Source of the DNA: Selaginella moellendorffii
Lineage: Eukaryota > Plantae > Lycopodiophyta
Assembly: GCF_000143415.4 (NCBI RefSeq)
Contig: NW_003314311.1
Span: 1,409,133-1,473,132 of the forward strand
Direction: 5' to 3'
Length of the DNA: 64,000 nt
The notes below the pieces were generated by a model, which did no database searches, was not told where the DNA came from, and saw only the letters and a list, made by a program, of their open reading frames with translations. Below, in pieces: positions 47,016 to 58,949 of the stretch. How positions within the stretch are numbered: the first letter of the stretch is position 1; every line of letters begins with the position of its first letter. The translations under genes and the position numbers were made by a program.

Positions 47016-49216
47016 TCTCCGCAAGAACACGCTCCATTCTGGAACCTGTGAAACCTGTTGCAGTCCCTCACCACGATCTCCCGGTTGACAAGCTTGGAGA
47101 TGAACTTCGAGGCAGTGTGGCAGTCGTTGCACACTCGCAGGTTCTTCACCACGCGAATCGGTGACCCTTCAGGGGTGGTGAGGAGAGCAAACGCCATCGC
47201 CAGCTTCTCGCTGTGATACCCGACCATGATCTCTTTCACCTCCTGTTTCACGTCGTGGAGGACCATCTCGGTGTCGGGGACGTAACCGGCCTCTTTCATC
47301 AGCTTTGTCAGTCGCTGGAGCTCGGCGTGTATCTCGCCTATCCGAGGATGGTCCAAGTCCCCCGAGATAAACTCGTGCACCCGGTCTTTCACTTCGATCC
47401 AGCTCCTCCCTGCTTCTTTCACGGTCATGAAGAGCTGCATTGCTTGCCTCATCCTTGCAACGTCGGACCATCTTCCAGCCTTCGCGTACATGTTGGACAG
47501 AAGCACGTACGGAGCTCGTTTCCTTGGATCCAGCTGAAACAAGTTCTCGGCAGCCCAGATTGCTCGGTCCATATTCCGGTAAGTTCTGCAAGCTCCCAAG
47601 AACGCCATCCATGCCACGGGATGTGGCTCAAACGGCATATGGAGCAGCAGATCCTCCGAGTCTACGATCCAGCCTGCTCGACCGAGAAGATCCACCATGC
47701 AGCCAAAGTGCTCGGCTTCGGGAAAAATCCCGTGGTCGCCGATGAAGGAAACGAAGTGCTTCCTGCCTTGATCTAGCATTCCGGCGTGGCTGCAAGCGAA
47801 GAGCACGCTCGTGAAAGTGATGATTGTCGGCTGGAGGCCCTCTAGCCGCATTCTCTCAAACAGCTCCAGTGCCTTCTCGGTTTGCCCGTGCTGGGCATTC
47901 GTCGCGATGAGCGAGTTCCACAGCACGAGATCCAAGTGAGCGATCTTGTCAAACATGTCCCCCGCTAGAGCCAAGTTCCCACACTTGCTATACATGTTGA
48001 CGAGCGCAGTAAGAACGTAAACATCCGACTCCAATCCGCCTCCCAGCACCTGTGTCCTCTCGTGAATCCTTCTTCCTTGCTTTAGAGCCGCGATCGCAGC
48101 ACAAGCATCCAGGACGCTCACAAACGTCGTAGAATTCGGTACCAGCCCCTCCAAGTCCATCCTGTGAAGCACCCGGATCGCGTCCCTGTTACGATCGTTG
48201 CGGGCATACGCTGCCGAGATAGCAGACCACGCCACCACATTCTTCTCAACAATCTGTCCAAACGCCTCCACAGCAGCCTCGATCCTGCCACACTTCCCAT
48301 ACAAATTCACCAGCGCAGTCCCGACCACCACTCCGGATTGGATCCCTTGCGCTTCTACTCGCTGATGCATCAAAGCGCCACTCCTCAAATCGCCCAACGA
48401 CGCACAGGCATCCAGCCCGCTCACCAGCGTCACTTTGTTTGGAGCCACTCCATCGAGATCCATCTGGCGAAACAAACCCAGTGCCTCTCTAGGATGCCCA
48501 TTCCGGGCATATGCTGCGACCATGGCGCTCCAAGCCACCACGTCCCTGTGGCTCATCCTCAAGAACACGCTGGCCGCATCCGTACAGTGGCCAAGCTTGC
48601 CGTACATGCTCACCAGCGCCGTCTGGACGATCGACTCCTCCTCGATGCCAGTGCCTAGGATCGCGAGCTGGATGGAGCGACCGATCGTAATCTCGCGGGC
48701 GTCCGTGCACGCCGAGAGGAAGATGCTGATCCCTACCTCGCCGGGATTGATCCCCTGGAGCAGCATCCCGCGGAAGAAGAGCCAGCAGCGATCGAAATCC
48801 CGATTCTCGGCGAACGCCACGAGCATCATCGTCCAGCTAAAGACGTTCTTGCTCTGGATGCCGTGGAACACCGCCAGCGCGTCGTCGAATCGATCGCACT
48901 TGGTGTAGAGATCGATAAGGAGATTGCACAGGAACCTGTTGTGGATCCAGCCGAGCTCCTCCATCTGGCGGTGGAGGCGCCGGCCGAGCTCCAGCGAGCG
49001 CGACCACGTACAGCGCCGGAGCAGCGCCTTGAAATCCTGCGATTGGGGAGAGAAGCGCTGCGATTCGAGCGATGCGATGGCGGATTCCAGCGGCATCGCG
49101 TCCAGATCGAGGTCTCCATCGTCGCATTCTTGCGCGGCGCTGCCCCAAAATCTCTTCCAGACCTTCTTTGTAAATAGCAGCGATGGTTTCTTTTTTACTA
49201 AAGGCAAATGCCTCAT
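47006..49216 (-). CDS. PLS-E-DYW PPR protein, putative organellar C-to-U RNA editing factor (start uncertain)
   Basis: P-L-S triplets, E domains, PG-box-like EAGRSWIEV, HSEKLA, KNLRVCNDCH, CSCGDYW. Start placed at MRHLP (49216) because the upstream frame is antisense to SNX2. Confidence 0.93.
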   Translation of the reverse strand: MRHLPLVKKKPSLLFTKKVWKRFWGSAAQECDDGDLDLDAMPLESAIASLESQRFSPQSQDFKALLRRCTWSRSLELGRRLHRQMEELGWIHNRFLCNLLIDLYTKCDRFDDALAVFHGIQSKNVFSWTMMLVAFAENRDFDRCWLFFRGMLLQGINPGEVGISIFLSACTDAREITIGRSIQLAILGTGIEEESIVQTALVSMYGKLGHCTDAASVFLRMSHRDVVAWSAMVAAYARNGHPREALGLFRQMDLDGVAPNKVTLVSGLDACASLGDLRSGALMHQRVEAQGIQSGVVVGTALVNLYGKCGRIEAAVEAFGQIVEKNVVAWSAISAAYARNDRNRDAIRVLHRMDLEGLVPNSTTFVSVLDACAAIAALKQGRRIHERTQVLGGGLESDVYVLTALVNMYSKCGNLALAGDMFDKIAHLDLVLWNSLIATNAQHGQTEKALELFERMRLEGLQPTIITFTSVLFACSHAGMLDQGRKHFVSFIGDHGIFPEAEHFGCMVDLLGRAGWIVDSEDLLLHMPFEPHPVAWMAFLGACRTYRNMDRAIWAAENLFQLDPRKRAPYVLLSNMYAKAGRWSDVARMRQAMQLFMTVKEAGRSWIEVKDRVHEFISGDLDHPRIGEIHAELQRLTKLMKEAGYVPDTEMVLHDVKQEVKEIMVGYHSEKLAMAFALLTTPEGSPIRVVKNLRVCNDCHTASKFISKLVNREIVVRDCNRFHRFQNGACSCGDYW

Positions 49217-49339
49217 GGATTTTTCTCTAGGGTTAGGGGTTGGCCATAGCTCTTCTTGCTCGATCCAGGTGAGGCGCTCTCTCTTCTCAGCTAGGAAATT
49301 CCACTCCAAGGATGCTCTAGCGAGATTCTTGCGACAAGG

Positions 49340-51052
49340 ATGATGGATCAGCTCTTCCCTCTCATGGACGACGAGATGGAGACCGTGTCGCTGGAAGCAG
49401 CGTCCACGGCGACACCGCTCCTCCGCGAATCGAGCTCGCAGGAATCGCCAGAGAATGGGGCGATGACACGCCGGAAAGAATCGTCCAGGAGCTTTCGGAG
49501 TCCATCCGGGAGGCCCGAGCTCCTGATCGAGCCTCCAAGCTACGCTGATGTGGTGTTCGCTCCATACGCCGCCAGGCAGCCGGAGGAATCCGGGAGGGCA
49601 GTGGAGAAGAACTATCTCCGGATTAGCGTCTCGGATCCACAGAAGACGCAGGATCACGGCAGCAGTGGCGGGACTTTCGTGGCGTATCTCTTCACGACCT
49701 ACACCGATCTTCCGGAGTTCCTTGGCACGAGCTTTAGCGTCCGGAGGAGGTTCCGCGAGGTGGTGGCGCTGGCGGACCAGCTGGGAGAGATCTACAAAGG
49801 CTACTTCATCCCTCCCAGGCCGGACAAGAACGTCCAGCTCGTCCAGACGCAGGACTTTGTGAGCAATCGCGTCCACGAGCTCGAGAGATACTTCCTTCGT
49901 CTCGCGGCGCATCCAGTGCTGAGGAACAGCGTGGAGTTGAGGCAGTTCCTCTCGTCTCCAGGGAGGAATCCAATGCAAGCCTCCTCGGATGTTTCGTCGG
50001 TGATGTTTGATGGTGATGAGAGTGGTGCTACCGGGAATGGGAACAATCACGCGGTGGCGGAGCCTGGTAGAGGTGGCAGGGATCTCTTGAGAACTTTCAG
50101 GGAGCTGCGGCAGTATGTGGCCAACGATTGGGGTGGCAGCAAGCCGCTGGTGGTAGAGGAGGATAAGAAGTTTGTGGAACACAAGGAGAAGATCCAGGAG
50201 TTTGAGCGCGAGCTTGTTCTAGCTTCCGAGCAAGTAAGTTCTTCATGGTTCCTTTGTCTGGAAAAGCTTGATTGTTGCGTTCTTTCCAGGCAGAGCTGCT
50301 TACGAAGGCTCAAGAGAATATGGGAACCGTCATGGGTGACCTTGGGATGTCCTTGAGTAGACTTGGCCGGTTCGAGTGCGAGGATGCGGCCATTGTTGTT
50401 GGCAATGCCGCTGTGAAAGCGAGCAGGTGCTACACAGAATCCAGCACGCAGTGCATTAAGTATTTGGTAAGTACTTCTCGGTTTCGGTGCTCGAAAGTTT
50501 TAAACTTTCTCGTTCCAGCTTACCTTTCACGAATACCTTGCCTTGATGCAAGCTATTCACGGTGCTTTCGCTGAGCGATCGAAAGCACTACTGACGGTCC
50601 AAACTCTTAAATCCGACATATCGTCAATGCAAGCTCGCTATGAGAAGTTAACAGCGGCGTCTTTGAGAATTTTTGGTGGCGACAAACGTAAGATAGAGGA
50701 GACAAAAGCGGCCATTGCAAGCTCGGAAGAAGCTTGCGCATCCGCTCGAAAGGAGTACGATCGCATCAAAGTAAGAAAAAAACGCATTTTTACAGTTCAT
50801 ACAGCTAACTCTTGTTCGCAGGAACGGAACTGGGAAGAGATTGAGCGATACGACGTTAATCGACAGACAGATCTATTCGAGATGTTGAAAGGATTTGTAC
50901 AGACGCAGGTAAGAAACAGAGCTTATTCTTCAATGCTTTTCGAGATCTGACACTCTTCCATGAAGGTGGGTTACGCGGAAAAACTCGGTAAAGCGTGGAG
51001 TGAAGTGTCGGAAAGCTTAAGCTCTGGGGAGGGCATGGCTAGTTCTATGTAA
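49340..51052 (+). CDS. SNX2: Sorting nexin 2-like (PX plus Vps5/BAR), 5 exons
   Basis: PPSYADVVF, ISVSDPQK, FSVRRRF, GYFIPPRPDKN, RLAAHPV, NDWGGSKPLVVEEDKKF; spliced C terminus ERNWEEIERY...LKGFVQTQ|VGYAEK. Confidence 0.9.
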
Positions 51053-51137
51053 GTTATGAATTCTTGCAAGCACGTTTCTTTGTACAGGCAAGAGCTTGCT
51101 CTCTTGGCTCTCTTGAAGAAGAACACCAATCTCGGCA

Positions 51138-52688
51138 ATGGTTGTAGAGATCCGGAATCATCAAAGTCCCGAGACACGCAGCGCAATTGACACAGACAGG
51201 CTAGCGGCAATAATCAAGTCCTGCGGGAACTTGCGAGACTTGGCACAGGGCAAGAGGATTGCTGCACAGATTCGCAGCGACGAGACATTATGCCGGAACA
51301 GATATCTCGCCAATCTCCTCATCGAGATGTATGGAAAGTGTGGCAGCCTGGAAGACGCTCGCCGGGTGTTCGACGCCATCGAGCGGCCGAATCGTTTCTC
51401 CTGGAGCATGATGGTGGCGGCTTATGCCCAGAATGGGTATATCAAGGAAGCCAAGTCCATCTCCAATGCTATGCCGGAACAGGACGTGGTTTGCTCGACT
51501 GCTATGCTGACTGCATATGCCCAGCACGGGCTTGTGGACGAGGCCAGGGCGCTGTTTGATACTATGCCGGTTCGCAACGTTGTTTCTTGGACTGCCATCG
51601 TCGCGGCCTATGCTCAGAACGGGCATCTTGAGGCAGCGAAGGCTCTCTTCGACAGGATGCCGGAACGCAACGTTGTTTCGTGGAACACCATGATGCAAGC
51701 TTACATCGAGAACGACGAGCTCAAGGAGGCGAGATCCTTGCTCGGCTGCATGCCGCAGTGGACTATCGCGACTTGGAACGCGATTGTCCAGGGGTATGTG
51801 AAGAGTAACATTCTCTCGGAGGCTAAAGTTCTCTTTGACAGGATGCCGGAGTATGACTTGCTCACTTTCACGTCAATGATCCACGGCTACTCCGAGAACG
51901 GGAACTTGGAGGCCGCGAAAAGCATCTTTGATCGAATGCCGGAGAGGGACGTGGTGTGCTGGAACAAGATGATAGCGGTGCATGCTCAGTGCTGGGATCT
52001 GGAAGGGGCCGAGAGGCTGTTCTTTGCAATGCCAGAACAGGACGTGATCTCCTGGACAACCATGCTCGAGGCCTACGTCCAAAACTTCCATTACCAGCAC
52101 GCAGAGGCGATGTTCTACACGATCCCGGAGAGAAACATGGTGTCGTGGAACGTGATGATGGCCGCGAGCGCGCAGAACGGGCAGCTTCTTCGGGCCATGA
52201 AAACATTCGAGACGATGCCGGCTCGAGACTTGATATCGTGGAACACGATGGTGGCTGCGTTCTCCGGCTGTGGTCACGGCGAGGTGGCGTTTGAGATCTT
52301 CCGGGGGATGGAGCTGGATGGGATCAAGCCAAACTCGATCTCCTTCTCCTGCGTCTTCAACGCTTGCAGCCATGTCGGTCTGCTCGACGAAGGCCTCCAG
52401 TACTTTCGGCTCATGGCAAGCGACCACGAGATCTTTCCATCGAGGGAGCACTATTGCTGCTTGATCGACGCTGCCGGGAGGTCGGGACAGGTGAAAGTGG
52501 CGGAAGATCTACTCGCGAGGATGCCGTTCAAGCCGGATGCCATGGCGATGGGAGCGGTGCTCGGGGCTTGCAAGACGAACAGGGACAAGGACGCTCGCGA
52601 CCGAGCGGCCAAGAACTTTTTCACGTCGGAGATGAGAAACCCGGGCATTTACGTGCTGCTAGCAAACGCTTACGTACACCAGCAGTGA
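51138..52688 (+). CDS. PLS-class PPR protein with tandem S-type motifs, truncated E domain
   Basis: About ten 31-aa FDRMPERNVVSW repeats; HYCCLIDAAGRSG...YVLLAN end. Confidence 0.92.
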   Translation: MVVEIRNHQSPETRSAIDTDRLAAIIKSCGNLRDLAQGKRIAAQIRSDETLCRNRYLANLLIEMYGKCGSLEDARRVFDAIERPNRFSWSMMVAAYAQNGYIKEAKSISNAMPEQDVVCSTAMLTAYAQHGLVDEARALFDTMPVRNVVSWTAIVAAYAQNGHLEAAKALFDRMPERNVVSWNTMMQAYIENDELKEARSLLGCMPQWTIATWNAIVQGYVKSNILSEAKVLFDRMPEYDLLTFTSMIHGYSENGNLEAAKSIFDRMPERDVVCWNKMIAVHAQCWDLEGAERLFFAMPEQDVISWTTMLEAYVQNFHYQHAEAMFYTIPERNMVSWNVMMAASAQNGQLLRAMKTFETMPARDLISWNTMVAAFSGCGHGEVAFEIFRGMELDGIKPNSISFSCVFNACSHVGLLDEGLQYFRLMASDHEIFPSREHYCCLIDAAGRSGQVKVAEDLLARMPFKPDAMAMGAVLGACKTNRDKDARDRAAKNFFTSEMRNPGIYVLLANAYVHQQ

Positions 52689-52733
52689 TGGAGCTAGGAA
52701 CGATGACGGACAGAAGATCTTAGGCATTGAAGA

Positions 52734-54857
52734 CTACACTCGAGTTGCTAAGTTCTTCACAGAGGAAGAACTTCTACTGGGGCTATAGCTGCTGGCAGGA
52801 GGATTTGGAAAAACTTTACAGTGTGAAGACGATGAGGACGAAGAGTAAATGGTGGCAAGCCAGACACAAGCAGCTCCACCGGACGGTTCCAAATCCAGGA
52901 GTGTTTGCGACGCTCCAGCTCCAAACTCGAGATCGTTGTGAGTCCGGCAAGCTCCCAGGAAGCACTTCCACTCGAAAGTATTCGGGACGAACGGCATGCT
53001 TTCCATGAGATCTCCAGCGCTGTCAAGGTAGCCGGCTCGTCCCAGGAGATTCACCATGCAGCAGTAGTGCTGCTTTCTCGGCTCCATTCCAAAGTCGAAG
53101 CTCATGGAGACGAAGCTCGATCGACCAGCGTAAGTTTTTCCGGCGTGAATGCAAGCTACCAACATGGCAACGAAGCCTCCTTCGTCAAACTCGACGCTTT
53201 CCACTGCCATGCTTGCGAAGATCTCGAAAGCCTCGGTGGTATGCCCGTTTTGAGCATAGCCGGTTAGCAGTGAGCTCCAGGAGATTATATCGCGATGAGG
53301 AGAATGGTAAAGGAGTTTCTTTGCTTGATCCAAAAGACCATTTTGTGATAGAACCGAGATCATCCCATTCCACGTTACTGAATTTCTCGAAAGCATGGTA
53401 TCAAAAGTATGCTTCGCCTGGATAAAATACCCGTTTTGGGCATATGCTGTTAAGAGGGAGTTCCACGAAGAAAGGATATGCTGAGGCATGGTGTCAAAGA
53501 TTCGCTTGGATTCCTCCATATGCCCGGCTTGAGCATACCCGGAGAGTAAGATGTTGTACGACACGGCGTCCTTGACGGGCATGGAATCAAACGAGTGCAC
53601 GGCAGCCTCGATATGCCCGGCTTGGGCATATGCCGACTCTATTGCGTTCCACACAACCAAGTCCCTTTCCGGCAATGAATCAAAGCGCGCTTTTGCGGAA
53701 GAAAGATCACCGCTCTGGGCAATTGCAACCAGCGTCGCCGTGGAGCAAATGAGATTTTGCTGTGGCATCTCGTCCATGAGCAGCGTTGCTACTCCCAAAT
53801 CTCCTCTCTGGGCTAGCGCGCAGACGAGAGCTGTGTAGGCGACGATGTCTCTCTCGGGCATGGCATCGAATATCACCCTCGCTTGCTCGAGATTCCCTAC
53901 CCCAATGTAGGCTGCAATCAGAGCGTTCCACGACACTATGTCTGCCACGGGCATCTCATCAAACGCCTTTCTCACAGCTGGGATATTCCCGATCTGGGAA
54001 TATGCCGACAGCATGCAGTTCCAAGATACCAGATCCCTTTGTGGCATCGCGGCAAAGATGCGCTCCCCTTGTGACAGATACCCATTCTGGGCATATGCCG
54101 TCAGCATCGTGTTCCATGTCACAAGATTCCTCGAATCTAAAGAAAGGAAAACACGTGTTGCTTCTCTGAGACGCCCATTTTGAGCGTACGACGCGATCAT
54201 AGTGTTCCATGCTATCATGTCACGCTCCGGCATATTCTCAAACACAAGAACGGCATCATAGAGATGCCCGGATTGGGCATATGCAGAGAGCATTGCATTC
54301 CAAGAAACAAGGCTCCGCATCGGCATCTCGTCAAAAATCCGCTTAGATTCTCGGAGATTTCCCTGCGCGGCATACGCTGTTACTAAAGGATTTACGGCCG
54401 CGAGAACGAGGCAAGGCATCTGATCAAGTAGAACTTGTGCATCTTCAAGATGCCCGTTTTGAGCAAGTGCTGAAACCATGGTGCTCCAAGAGACACCATC
54501 CCTCATCGGCATTCTATCAAACAAATTTTGTGCTTTTCTAATCAAAAACCGCTGTGCGTAGGTAGTAAGCATCAGATTCCAGGACACAATGTTAGTTCTA
54601 GGCATTTGGAAAAAGAGATCTTCGGCTTCCTGTAAATGCCCATTGTGGGCATATGCAGAAACCATTGCGTTCCAGCATGCTTGATCTCTCTCGGGCATCG
54701 CGTCAAACGCCATCTTGGCTTCGGTCAGACGGCCGTTTCGGGAGTAGGCACAGAGAAGCATCGACCAGCTGAAGCAGTCCTTTCGTGCCAGGCCATCAAA
54801 GATCCGCCTAGCTTCCACCAGATTCCCCAGTTTACCATTTACCTCGATTTGCTGCAT
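52734..54857 (-). CDS. PLS-class PPR protein with a long tandem S-motif array, truncated E domain
   Basis: About 17 31-aa repeats (AYAQNGHL...FD.MP.R..VSWN); HYCCMVNLLGRAG...WKCFLGACRTH. Confidence 0.92.
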   Translation of the reverse strand: MQQIEVNGKLGNLVEARRIFDGLARKDCFSWSMLLCAYSRNGRLTEAKMAFDAMPERDQACWNAMVSAYAHNGHLQEAEDLFFQMPRTNIVSWNLMLTTYAQRFLIRKAQNLFDRMPMRDGVSWSTMVSALAQNGHLEDAQVLLDQMPCLVLAAVNPLVTAYAAQGNLRESKRIFDEMPMRSLVSWNAMLSAYAQSGHLYDAVLVFENMPERDMIAWNTMIASYAQNGRLREATRVFLSLDSRNLVTWNTMLTAYAQNGYLSQGERIFAAMPQRDLVSWNCMLSAYSQIGNIPAVRKAFDEMPVADIVSWNALIAAYIGVGNLEQARVIFDAMPERDIVAYTALVCALAQRGDLGVATLLMDEMPQQNLICSTATLVAIAQSGDLSSAKARFDSLPERDLVVWNAIESAYAQAGHIEAAVHSFDSMPVKDAVSYNILLSGYAQAGHMEESKRIFDTMPQHILSSWNSLLTAYAQNGYFIQAKHTFDTMLSRNSVTWNGMISVLSQNGLLDQAKKLLYHSPHRDIISWSSLLTGYAQNGHTTEAFEIFASMAVESVEFDEGGFVAMLVACIHAGKTYAGRSSFVSMSFDFGMEPRKQHYCCMVNLLGRAGYLDSAGDLMESMPFVPNTFEWKCFLGACRTHNDLEFGAGASQTLLDLEPSGGAACVWLATIYSSSSSSSHCKVFPNPPASSYSPSRSSSSVKNLATRV

Positions 54858-56329
54858 TTGTTTTTGAGTGAACTAAGAAACTTGCACAGAACTTCTCTAA
54901 CTGCAAGAAGCAAACGAAATTTTTCTCCACCACTGACAATTTCAACTTTCATAGCCTGCTCGAGAGAGATGGAACTCGGGACCTCTCGCACCCTAACACC
55001 CTAAGCACTAGACCAAATGCCCGTCAACTTAATGTATCACTATGATTCGTACCTTTTACTCGTTTGTAAATCTCCCACATTTCAAGATCTACCTGGTTGA
55101 AATTTTGTCTCTTTCAATGTCAATCTCTCATTGTCAATCCCAGTTTTCGAGTTCTCATTTGCATTGCATTCTTTTTTTTGTCGTTTATAAAATTAAAATT
55201 CATCAAAAATTGTGCCGTGACATATTTGGTATATAAATTGGATTCTCAGTGGTACGTTGTATACTCGTAGTTCTTACAGTAAGGTGTTATTCGTTTTAGC
55301 TCTTGTTTGTGTGGGAATTGTGATAGTTGGCAAGCTGCTCGGAAAATTTGTTACACTCTTGACTTAGGTAACTATCCTAACAGCCAGTTCAGTAACTCAA
55401 CGCCACCCATGGGTCAACTTTTGAAATTGAAGAAGCTAGATGTAGGAAGGGCAGAGGCTCAATCTGGGCGATTTTGCGTAGGAGGTGTGGTAGAAAAAAT
55501 AAATTCTTAGAACCCTAAACTCAAAATTTTATATTGCTGAATGTTGCTCATAACAAGAGATTCCTAGAGCATTCAGAATCTTTACAAGAGCAAATAATTC
55601 TTTGGTTCCCTTGAGAGTTGCACCACTTGGGATTTTTTTCCTACTTAGTAATAGAGCAAGTGAGTTATTGGGAAAAGACAAAAATGGGTTTTATATTGTG
55701 GCGAATGGTAGGGAGTGTGAGGTAGAACCTAAGAGGAATGCTCACTCATATTCACAAGTTAACAAAATGCGTGGTAAGTTCTTCTTTCTCTTTCTTTTGT
55801 GCAAATGTAAACTTTAGATCCAATGCTTAATAATTTATGGGTAAAGGTCGGTGGGATGATTTGTGATTGGTTGCTCACATTAATGACGTTTTGCCAGTAA
55901 AATATATTTTAGACAACATTTTACTGCTACCAAATGATATAGCATGGGCTGCTCAAAGAGCTCCACAAATATAAAACAGAGCTTGAGAAGAACATATTGT
56001 AAACAGAAATGAGGAGGAACAGCCTATGCTTTAATTATTACTTATATGATTATTATAACCTTTTTGGACTAAAATTTTTGTTCAAGCTTTTACAAAGCCC
56101 ATTGCTTCTTTTCTTCCTCAAGTTCTTTTTTATATTTGAGCCCACACTGGACAAGAATCAACTCCCTTTCCAGCCGTTGGACCTGTAATAAATACTAGTC
56201 AGAAATCAAAACTCTGATAGAGAGGGCAAGGAAGTACAGTTTCTTCCAGCGCCCTACTTGTAGCTGTGCATTCATGCTGAAAGGGAAAGTAAAAGTCAGT
56301 TTTAAAGGGGGTAAGTCTCTTGCTTTAGC

Positions 56330-56850
56330 TCCCTCAGCTGATGAATCTGTTCCTTGGCTTCACAATCATCCTTCAGTGTTGTTACTGCTACTGCAGTGAT
56401 AGTGTCTGTTGACTGAGCATCCTTTGATTTAGATGTCGATGGGATCTGTTTTGGAGACTTGATTTCCTTCACTTTGAAGTGACCTGCATATTATTATCAT
56501 CATGATGCTCATAAAATTTGCAGCATGCACCTGGCTTCCAATGTCCACTTCATCAACAGCAATAGAAGGACCAGGATCCAAAGTATCTGGCATCGTTTGA
56601 GCGATGCTGGAACCGTTGCAATCTCTAGCTTTGTACAGCGATTCTGCCTCAGGGTATTGATCATGACAACGGTGTCATTGTCTGCATTCTGGTCTGGAAA
56701 TCTGCAGGCATGCACTCAAATCTTTACTTATTATGCTGATTGCCACTACCTCCGCTCCTCCCAGCTCCTCTTTTCCTAAACTCGCAAGCATAACCTGGGA
56801 TCGGCATTGTGCTCTTCCTTCTCCTCCATCCCCATGCGATCCCCATAGAA
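56330..56850 (-). pseudogene. Spliced gene-like fragment of unknown product
   Basis: Short exon-like blocks bounded by GT...CAG on the minus strand; no recognisable domain. Confidence 0.25.
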
Positions 56851-58184
56851 CAGACTACTATAATGCAAAATGTTATAGACTATAAGAATTCAAAATGCTG
56901 CTACTATTAAGTTTTCTTCAAATTTGGAATTTATTCTAAACGATACTAATTCATGGATTTCTGCCCAACTAGAGTCTATTTTTGGTGTATCTACTACTTT
57001 GTGGGCTGAACTTTATGGGCTGCCAGATTTGGCCAATTGGTGTCATTAAATGCGGGGTAATTCAGTAAATATCATTTTCTTACCGCATTAGTGGTGGCAC
57101 TCTAAGAAGGTGTCAAGCCTATGATCTAATATGTCAGACTGAAGAAAACTATAGCTGAAAAGGATGGCATAGTCCTTGGATTGCCGGTAAAAAGAGGTGC
57201 CATGTGTCCATTAAGTGCTGGAGTAGGAGAAAGTGGCTTTGGCTTCTGTGGCCTCACCTAAGAATCCATTTAGGTGCCTTAAGTGAAAGTTCACTTGGTT
57301 AGAAGAAAGTCACTCCAGAAAAGCTAGCATCGGTAAATGGTCGGAATGATATGTTGAAAATGGTATGTCCAAATGAAGGGATGTCTTCTACTTTGGTGTG
57401 TGTATGTATGTCCCTAGTATGGTGTAAATATGACCTCAAACAAAGATGTGGATGATGGTGAAAGAATAAAAAATGCAAAACAAGCATCTAGAGATAAGTG
57501 CGGGCAATATTGCTAAGAGTGATTGGTGATGGATCAGTAAGTGTAGATGATATGGAATGGGTGTAGGGAATGTGTGGGGTAGAGTAATGGTGAGGCAAGG
57601 GCCAAAGAACCTAGAATATAGACCGAGCCAAGTGAAAAACCTCCATACAAACGGCAATGTAGCTTGAGCATGAAATCCAAGCAAGTGCCATGGTCCAGTG
57701 GAGAAACACCCTCTAGAAATAGGAAAAGAAATTGTGAAAGTAAAGTGAAAGAAAGGAAGTAAATGAAAAAGAAGAGAAAAGGAATGCCTCACTAGATGAA
57801 GCATTCGTGGTGAGAGTGGTTATGAGTGTGTGGGAGCTCATGTCCATAAGCATCAACTAACATATATACTCCACCTTTAATGTGTTGCTGGACAAAGTAG
57901 GGGTTAGTCTAGCAAAGAGAGAACTTTGAAGGTGGCAAAGGAGAGAACATTGTTGTTGAACTTGGGGCCTTTGTCCTTTGCTTTCTGACTATTCCAACAC
58001 CTAAGAAGGTTGGCAGATCACTCCCTTTTTGCAAAACATGGAGTTGGGGTCGAGCTAAAGGTGGTTGTGCCATAGTTTATAGATCTAAGTCATTGAAATC
58101 TGCCAAGGATGAAGAAGATTTGGCTTGAGAAGGTGTTGTGTTGTACCTAAGCTACCTTTGGATGCCAAAAAGTTTACTCTATAC

Positions 58185-58565
58185 TGTAAGCCACAAATTT
58201 TTCCGGCGTCCCGAAGCAAGTATTGCACTCAAGACTTGGGATTTAGAGGGTCCCATGATCAAGTCTTGTGGTACCAAAGGATGTTAGGAACCTGGAAGCT
58301 TGGTGTGCTTGGCTGCTTGTGCTTGTGGGGAGTGTAGCCGAACCTTAAGTCCAGTCTAACCTGAGGAGGGGGATTGGGAGTGATTTGGGAATCCGTGGAT
58401 GGATGGCTAACACTCCGTTACTCGTGCAGTGAGTAGCTGAGACCAAGTAGGAGCTGGTACCATAGGCGAGAACCTTGGCAAGGGAACTTAGCAAAAGCCA
58501 AGGCGGTGTTGGACGGATAGACGAGGTAAGCTGGCAAATTGGAAAGGAAAAATTTGTGGCTTACA
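58185..58565. mobile_element. 381-bp family B element with 17-bp terminal inverted repeats, TSD TATAC
   Basis: TGTAAGCCACAAATTTT...AAAATTTGTGGCTTACA; TATAC at 58180-58184 and 58566-58570. Confidence 0.92.
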
Positions 58566-58949
58566 TATACTTTATGGCTTTGAGGTATGGTAAAAGTGTG
58601 CCAATTTGCCACATGCCAAGTCTGTACCGACATCAAATACCGTGGATATTGCAAAGGTTGGATTGACAGGAACAATAAGGCTGTAGGCGTCTCTAAAGCA
58701 CAAAAAGAAGAGCCCTTGGCCAAAATAAATGGCTTAGAACCCTTTACCTTGTCCACAAGTTGCTCAAAATTATCCAAAATGCCCGTGATAAAGGGAAATA
58801 AGGTTGAAAATGGAAAGAAACGTAGGCCTCAAGCATATATAACTGTTGACCCCTTAGGGGTAGAGTAACCGTTGACCTTTTGTGGTAACTGATAATTAGT
58901 AACCAATAACTAGTAACCGTTGTGACCATCCCGTTGACCAGAGTTGACT

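Noticed and set aside
49217-50182. 322-aa N-terminal extension of the DYW-PPR ORF (1058-aa call)
   Set aside because: It lies antisense to SNX2 exon 1 and reads as shadow sequence; a stop-free antisense frame is expected in GC-rich coding DNA.
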